Positions 57,256 through 64,000 of a stretch of 64,000 nt of DNA are shown here, one piece after another. Source of the DNA: Rebecca billardiae RCC1528. Its lineage: Eukaryota; Protista; Haptophyta. Below the pieces are notes generated by a model, which saw only the letters and a list, made by a program, of their open reading frames with translations, ran no database searches and was not told where the DNA came from. The translations under genes and the position numbers were made by a program. Location of the stretch: NCBI GenBank assembly GCA_965240325.2, contig OZ251230.1, positions 992,001-1,056,000 of the forward strand, written 5' to 3'. How positions within the stretch are numbered: position 1 is the first letter of the stretch; each line of letters opens with the position of its first letter.

Positions 57256-58512
57256 TCACTTGACGGCGAGCTTGGGTGCAATGGACGTGAGGCAGACGCC
57301 GAACGCCTGGACGATCGAGAAGGGCCATTGCACGTCCATCGAGAAGATGGTCTGCGAGACGCGACCGAACTGCAGCAGCGTCTCGTTCGCGACGTTGTCG
57401 GTCTGCACGATCTGGAAGTTCTTGACCGACGCGACGCGCACGCGGCCCAGGAAGTTGAGCACGTATGCCTCGTACCGCTCGTCCCAGACGGGCTGGCGGT
57501 TCTTGAAGGTCGAGACGTGGTCCTTCGGCGCTCCCACCGGGCGCGAGTCCACCGCGGCCCGCAGGACGCCCTCGCCCTCCGTCGGCCGCCTCTCGCCCTC
57601 CAGATCGCCCTCCTCCGTGACCGCAGGCGTCGCGAGCCGCATCGAGCGGGGGCCCGAGTCGAGGCAGAAGCGGTTCGGCTTGTAGCCGACGCACACCAGC
57701 TCCTCGCGGCCGGTGGCCGGGGACCCTACGCCCGCGACTGCGGGGCGGTCCAGAGGGTGCTCCTCGTCCACCACCACGCTCCAGCGCGTCCCGAGCAGGT
57801 TGGCGCGCACGGTTGCGAGCCGCTCCTCGCTCGGGCGGTGGGGCCCGCGCGGGAGCGAGATGACGTACGCCGAGCGGAGCGCGCTGCCGAGCTGCCACGT
57901 GGCGGTGAGCAGGTGCCTGCGCTGTGCGGCCGAGCTGCCCTCGAGGAACAAGTCGTACACGGGCATGCCGTGCGCGCGCCGCACGCGCACGAAGCACTGC
58001 ACGACGCCCAGCTCGAAGCCGAGCGGGCGGGTCACAAACGCGCCAATGTCGAGGTCGGACGGGGCGGAGAAGTTGGCACATTGCACCGTGAGGGCGCGAC
58101 GGCAAAGCGGGCACGAGCTCTTCTGCGCCGCCCACGCGCGGATGCAGCCGTAGTGCACCGACGTCTTGTTCTCGATGTGCCCGTCTTGGCACGGGCACGG
58201 GATGCTGTGCGCCGGCCGCCGCCGGTCAAACTCATCGTAGCAGATGAAGCACACGGCGTTGGAGGGGTCGCTCGCATCACACGGCGGCTTGCAAGGCTGT
58301 GCGAGTGGCTCCTCCACGCTCGGCTCCATCGGCACGCCCTCCGTGCCGGCGCCGCTCTTCGCGCGCACGATCGAGGCGGCGAACTCCTCGCTGTGGTCGC
58401 GGTCCGCGGACACGCGGCTGCTGCTCGCGCGGCGGACGAGGGGCGTCGATGTGGCTGCCATGCCGGCAGGTGGGACGGCGTCCTTGCCAGCGTGCTGTGC
58501 GAGGTGGTCCAT
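57256..58512 (-). CDS. RINGv (C4HC3) + Tubby C-terminal domain protein
   Basis: CFIC..CPC..HYGC..W..CPLC; VRANLLGTRW, GPRSM, KNRQPVWDE..YVLNFLGRVRVASVKNFQ, LQFGRV..FSMD..PFS..QAF; ATG at 58512. Confidence 0.92.
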   Translation of the reverse strand: MDHLAQHAGKDAVPPAGMAATSTPLVRRASSSRVSADRDHSEEFAASIVRAKSGAGTEGVPMEPSVEEPLAQPCKPPCDASDPSNAVCFICYDEFDRRRPAHSIPCPCQDGHIENKTSVHYGCIRAWAAQKSSCPLCRRALTVQCANFSAPSDLDIGAFVTRPLGFELGVVQCFVRVRRAHGMPVYDLFLEGSSAAQRRHLLTATWQLGSALRSAYVISLPRGPHRPSEERLATVRANLLGTRWSVVVDEEHPLDRPAVAGVGSPATGREELVCVGYKPNRFCLDSGPRSMRLATPAVTEEGDLEGERRPTEGEGVLRAAVDSRPVGAPKDHVSTFKNRQPVWDERYEAYVLNFLGRVRVASVKNFQIVQTDNVANETLLQFGRVSQTIFSMDVQWPFSIVQAFGVCLTSIAPKLAVK

Positions 58513-58816
58513 GTTGCTTTGGCTCTGACGGGAGTGGTTGGGCGCGTACGCGGACGTGAGCGCTTCCTCCAACCGCCCGGTGGAAGATGTCAGCTGGGTC
58601 GGGGTGAAACTCGGCGTGCAGTCGCTTGGTATTGTACTGACCGTGACCGAACCTGATTGATGCACACTTGATGACGCTCACTTTGATGGGTGTGGAAAAA
58701 GCCAACTGGTTCCGCTGGTCGGGGAGGCCGCCCGTCGAGCTCGTCTCATTGGCTCGGAACGGAATGATCAATAGCAATTTGATGCCCGCTCTTGAACCGT
58801 ACCCCCACGACCTATC

Positions 58817-61433
58817 CAAGGGGAGTCAGGGTACAGCACGTCCAGTTGGGCTGCAGCTGGAGCTTGGGTACAAAAGCTTCCCGCGGCGCAGCGGCACTCG
58901 CCGCCGCCGCCGCCGTGGAGGGGCGGTTGTGGCGCGCACGGCGTGAGCCGCTGCGGGCGCTGAGGTGCGCGCGACGGCGGCGCGCCCGGCGGCGCTGCTG
59001 TAGGAGGCCACTGCCCTCCTCTCTGCCCCGCGCGCTTCGCTCGTCGTCGCCGTCGCCGCGCCTGCGACCAGCGCGCACGCGAGCGCCGCACCGCCCGGAA
59101 GCCGGGGCAATCTCAGCCGTGACTGCGCATGTGCGTCGCGACCTGGTCGGCCCAGCGCGCGAGGCGCGTGCGGGCGAGGCAGGGCCAGTGTGGCCGCGCG
59201 CCATGCCGCCTCAAGTAAGCCCATCTGAGCGTACAACAGGGAACTGAGCACGTGTGTCTGGTTGGCCGCTTGGACTCGGTGTCGAGTCTTCAAGCAATGC
59301 ACGGGCCATCGTCGAGGCGATCTCGAGGCACTCAGTCAAAACGTCAGTTCAGCGCGCAGACGACCTGGGCGAGAGTCACTGACGATACATGACTCGCATG
59401 ATCACAAAAGGCTCTGCAACTATCGCGTCTGTACGCCTACTGTCTCGATCGTGCACACTGACGTCTGCGCTTGGGTGCCGCATTGTTTGTCAACGTTGTC
59501 GACAGAGGTGCAAGGCCCGCGACATGCCCACTGGCGCAAGGTCGAGGCGGCATGGCGCGCGGCCACACTGGCCCTGCCTCGCCCGCACGCGCCTCGCGCG
59601 CTGGGCCGACCAGGTCGCGACGCACATGCGCAGTCACGACTGAGATTGCCCCGGCTTCCGGGCGGTGCGGCGCTCGCGTGCGCGCTAGTCGCAGGCGCGG
59701 CGACGGCGACGACGAGCGAAGCGCGCGGGGCAGAGAGGAGGGCAGTGGCCTCCTACAGCAGCGCCGCCGGGCGCGCCGCCGTCGCGCGCACCTCAGCGCC
59801 CGCAGCGGCTCACGCCGTGCGCGCCACAACCGCCCCTCCACGGCGGCGGCGGCGGCGAGTGCCGCTGCGCCGCGGGAAGCTTTCCACTGGGGACACGGCA
59901 CCCAGGGTCGGAGAAATCAGAAAATCGGCGCGCTTTTTATTTCCGCCTTGCATTTATTCAGCCGCGCGCTGCGCGGCGGACGCGCGCGTCTCGGGCGAGC
60001 GGGCGACGGCGCCGCGCTCCCGTGCGTGTGGACGATCCCGCGAGCGCAGAGCCGGCGAGCTAGGCTGGGCAGTCGTGCTGAAGTGCCATTCGCCGCTTCG
60101 CGCCGCGCATCGCATTCGGCTGTACTTGCCTCGGGCCAGCACTTGTCTGTGCACACCGCCACACGGCCAGCCTCGCCCGCGTGCGCCATGCGAGGCGAGA
60201 CACACACGGAGCATGCGCTTCCGCGCGGCGAGGCCTACGCTGTACGCACTGCGCTACCTTGCGCCGCCGCGCATGAGCGCGGGTCCGAACAGCTGCGTTC
60301 AGGTGTGCTGATTGCATCATTCATACGAGCTGATTGGTCGAACAAGCGCTCTGGCCCGACGATGACGTTGCAGCGCACGCCATGCTGATATGCGGTGACG
60401 CGGAGCATGTGCGCTCGCGCGGAGTGGCCACACACGTGACCGCTGTCCAGCTCTGCCCCGGCATTGAACTCCCTGACTCGTGCTCCGACGTCAATCTTGG
60501 CCCGAGCTAGTACGTGCATGCATGCGTGCTGATGCAGAATATACCTGAACGAGGCCCATGATGGCCTGCGTGTATGTGCCTCCTCGGATGACACGGCGCG
60601 TGTATGAATGTGTGTATACTACCTTGTCAAGCAGTAGCTCACGTCTGGACGTTCGTGTCGAACTTGACGGTGCGCATCGTGCACACACGGTCAGCCTTGA
60701 TAGACGCACCCGTGCAGCCGGAAGGCAGCATCAGCCTGCCTAAGACGTGAGCATCCAGCCCCGACGCCGCTTCCGGTGCCTGAATGGGGCGCGCTCCTTT
60801 CACGCGGGAATATGCTCACTACATCACTATCCAGAAGGGCGCATGTCAGTGCTTTGCATGCTCACACGACCCTCGCCGTAGGTCGATGCCAACCGCTGCG
60901 TGATGCTCGATCATGCCTTTTGACGGCTGTGTGACCCGTGCAGATGCGTATGCCAGGCAGCGTACTGTGACGAGCGATGCCGCGTGCATAAACTACCTGG
61001 ACATTGCCCAGTGCAACCAAGTGCCGGAAGCCGACGCCGCTGCTCGCGGCACGCGTGCAGTCAGCCGAGGAATGCACACAACTTCCTTGTTGGTGCGGCG
61101 CACGCGATGGCCTGAGGCGCGGCGGATGCAGTGATTCCGAACGGCGAGCGGTGGAACGACGCAAATGGCTGCTCTTCAGCCGCGCTCAACCACGCGCACC
61201 GCCTTCGCGGGCACGCAACTACCGCAGGAGGGCGCGCAGTCGGCGCCCATCTCGCCCCTCCAGCGCCGCCCAGCGCGCTTCAGCGCAGCCGCCAGCGGCA
61301 GAGGTTGGTGGTGCTCTGACGGCATCACCAACATATTCGGAAAAGAAAATCCCCACCCGAAATTCCTGCGCCCAGTGGGTACCCAAGCTCCAGCTGCAGC
61401 CCAACTGGACGTGCTGTACCCTGACTCCCCTTG
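58817..61433. mobile_element. Non-autonomous P-element-like DNA transposon with 55-bp TIRs and 7-bp TSD
   Basis: TIR CAAGGGGAGTCAGGG... at 58817-58871 / 61379-61433; ACCTATC at 58810-58816 and 61434-61440. Confidence 0.88.
58873..59883. repeat. Foldback: 340-bp inverted arms with 331-bp spacer
   Basis: 58873-59212 is the reverse complement of 59544-59883 with about 2 mismatches. Confidence 0.92.
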
Positions 61434-62873
61434 ACCTATCGTCCAGCTCGCCGATCGCAGGTCCCAGAAGCACGGGGCGTACTGGTACCAAGGGCCGCCC
61501 GGGCCCGTACCCGCACAGTTCGCGTGAACTCGACCATACAGTATCGAACTTTCCATGAACCAACCTCAATCGGGCGGCAGGTCTAACTAAAACGCTGATT
61601 ACGACAGGGCTGGGTTTGATTCTCTCCTTCCGTTGGCGACCGACATGGAACCTTATCGAATGGCGGCGACGAGCTTGACAGATGCCCACACGGACAGGGC
61701 AGCACTACATAGGATGAATGGCACGCCAGCTGAGTGCCGACATCTCAGCCATCACGCTGCTTCGCGCTGAGTCTCAGGATCAACTCGGCCTTTCTGAGCG
61801 CAGCGCAACGAAGGGCGAGCTATCACTCGCGCACGGCACCATTTGCACCACTTGCCAACCTCCAGGTAGTATGGATAGGACTTCAGCAGCGTCGGCTCTG
61901 ATTCAATGCTGTCCCCCGTGCAGCACAACACCATACTGTTGCTACGATAGTGCTGGCTAGCAGGCAGGCACCTGTAAGTGCTTGATGTGCCCTAGGACAT
62001 TTTAACCCTGCGAGTTTCCGCTTGGGGAGTGAGGCCGATGCCGAACGCGCGGCAGCCTCTTGTGAGTCAGGCTCGAGTCCGAGACGGTGTGCTGTAGCAA
62101 ACTACGGTGTCCGACGACGCAAGTGTATCAATAATGCATCTATGCAGTCGACGTGGCCGGAGCTGCTTAGGATGATGGCGTTACAACATACAATGAGTCG
62201 AGGTGGTCTCGCACAGCTGCTACTGATGCTTGGATTTCAGCCGGCAGGCCGCGTCACTGTCAGTACGCCGTCTGACTCCGAGATGATTCAGTACTGGCTG
62301 GTAGCACTCATATCGGCGGACGGCACGCCACCGGAAGCTGACAATGCTAGTCGTGCTGTTATGATGACGACCAGGCGCAGTACCGAATCGCAGCGGCCAC
62401 TCTCCGTCCGATATGTGGACATCGGTAATTGCCAATCACTTGAATCCGGTCAGTACTCAGTCACGACTGCCCACAAACTACAGCGCTAAGCGACTCCACA
62501 CTTACTCAAGCAGCAGCCGTGTCTATAATCAGGAATGACAGTGACACTACACTGGCAGTGCGCCCACCGTCCGATCCAGCAGTGAAGTCTCGCCGTTTGA
62601 CCCGTCACTCTTCAGTAGGCAGATGACTTCGACTCCAAGCCCAGTTGTCGTCCTGAGTCGTCTGAATACGCGTCCGCGCTCGTCACTAGTTGCTCACGGA
62701 CTGGCGTCCGATAAGTCTACTGGGCCCTGCCGCCCCGCGCAGAGCCGCCCGCCCGCCCCCTTCACTCTTCAGTTACGGGCCTTGGGCAGTGGGCATCGTC
62801 CAGTGCTGAGCTGGCAACATGCGCAGCCATGATGCTCACGAATCGTCAATTATGGGCTCGGCGTCGTACTGTA

Positions 62874-63309
62874 GGCGGCCGCAGCCCTCATCCAGACCTC
62901 GCAGGCGGACGGCTGAACGAATCTTCCGGCGGCGCTACCATCGGCGACGGCTTCATGGGCGGTGACAGTTGGCGGGCGTCAATCCCGCCTGCCCGTGAGC
63001 TGTGTGCGTCTCTTATTCTTAGTTAACTGTAGGAAGCGCGCGCTGCTCTGCTGCTTATTACTTCAGCATTATTATTATTATCAGCTAGACGGGCGCCTGG
63101 CGCGCCGCAAGGCGCGGCCCGCAGCCCTCATCCGCAGGCATTCCACTTCCAGGCCTCGCAGGCGTCCGAGACGGCTGAACGAATCCGTACGGTCAGTGGC
63201 CGACGGCGCTGCCATCGGCGACGGCTTCATGGGCGGTGACAGTTGGCGGCGGGCGTCAATCTCGCCTGCCTGAGCTGTGTGCGTCGTCTCTTATTCTTAG
63301 TAAACTGTA
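62874..63309 (+). mobile_element. Two tandem long copies of the family-1 element (62874-63031, 63088-63309)
   Basis: Shared GCAGCCCTCATCC..GGCGACGGCTTCATGGGCGGTGACAGT..CTCTTATTCTTAGT(A/T)AACTGTA. Confidence 0.85.
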
Positions 63310-63719
63310 CTCTCGCGAACTCAGCGTGAAGCGGTGAAGGCGGTAGCCTGTCGCGGACCGTGTTGCTGTTGCCCGTGTTGGCAGGCCGGCCCACTCCAGT
63401 TAGCCACTCTACCACACGGGGCTCACTGCACCGCTCAGATGAGCACCGTGCGTCCCGATGTCACGCGCAACGTCTTATATCAGCAGAGCTGCTGTGCTGC
63501 GCGTACTGGCGTACTTCTCGGCTCGGCAGTTTGCGGCGCAGCGACGTTGCGGGGCCGGCGGCAGACGCTGGCCAGGATCAGTGCTGTGTTACCATCGCGC
63601 GAACCCGCCGAAGTCACTTGAGCACGCCGTGAAATTGCACTCGGGGGCAACGCGTCGTGCGGGTCACCACGCTCCGATCGCTAGCCCCCGATGTGCAGAG
63701 GTACTGGTACACGCGGCCA

Positions 63720-64000
63720 TCAGAAGATGAGCGAGGGGTCGACAAACGCCAGCGCGCCTTTGTCAACCGACTCCATCAGCTCGTCGGGCAGCCCGGCGGC
63801 CGCGAACGGGCTGGGGGAGCCCGCACGAGCCTCCGCCAGCTTCTGGCGCTTTGCAGCGGCCGCAGGCTCCTTGCCGTTCCCGCTGTCTGCTATGCGCGCG
63901 CTCGCCCTCCCACCGCCCAACATGCACCGCTCCAGGTGTGGCGCGAATCGATGTGCCGACACCTTCTTGTCGCAGTGTGAGCATTTGAAGCTGTCGACGG
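63720..64000 (-). CDS. SGF11: SAGA DUB module subunit Sgf11/ATXN7L3 (3' part; 5' end outside window)
   Basis: FKCSHCDKKVSAHRFAPHLERCM zinc finger read from the window end. Confidence 0.85.
   Translation of the reverse strand, partial: VDSFKCSHCDKKVSAHRFAPHLERCMLGGGRASARIADSGNGKEPAAAAKRQKLAEARAGSPSPFAAAGLPDELMESVDKGALAFVDPSLIF

Noticed and set aside
59892-61370. Transposase remnant inside the P-like element
   Set aside because: No THAP or DDE motifs recognisable in any listed frame

Overview
Gene-dense, very GC-rich eukaryotic nuclear DNA with short GT-AG introns and (CA)n/(TA)n microsatellites in the spacers. The signal-plus-transit-like N-termini and GC content suggest a secondary-plastid alga such as a haptophyte (inference). 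About 17 genes are supported: UVR+SnoaL protein, N6AMT1/HemK2, RPL13, glucosidase II beta-like, CCDC124, a small acidic protein, an unusual MUS81 (J-domain/HhH/WGR/WH/FN3/ERCC4), an ankyrin-methyltransferase fusion, a pentapeptide-repeat protein, two head-to-head annexins, an extensin-LRR membrane protein, a Kelch-filamin protein, a nucleoside-hydrolase-like protein, a C2 protein, a RETSAT-like oxidoreductase, parvulin-rhodanese, RINGv-Tubby and a partial SGF11. The non-coding part holds a set of non-autonomous mobile elements: a dispersed family with a fixed ...TAGTAAACTGTA end, a 2.1-kb TIR element with an 8-bp TSD nested in one copy, a split-direct-repeat element with a covarying hairpin array, a 748-bp MITE, and a P-like element (7-bp TSD) with a 340-bp foldback inside its TIR. 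Older duplicated non-coding sequences appear to decay mainly by short insertions. Most ORFs in the supplied track are GC-rich shadow ORFs.
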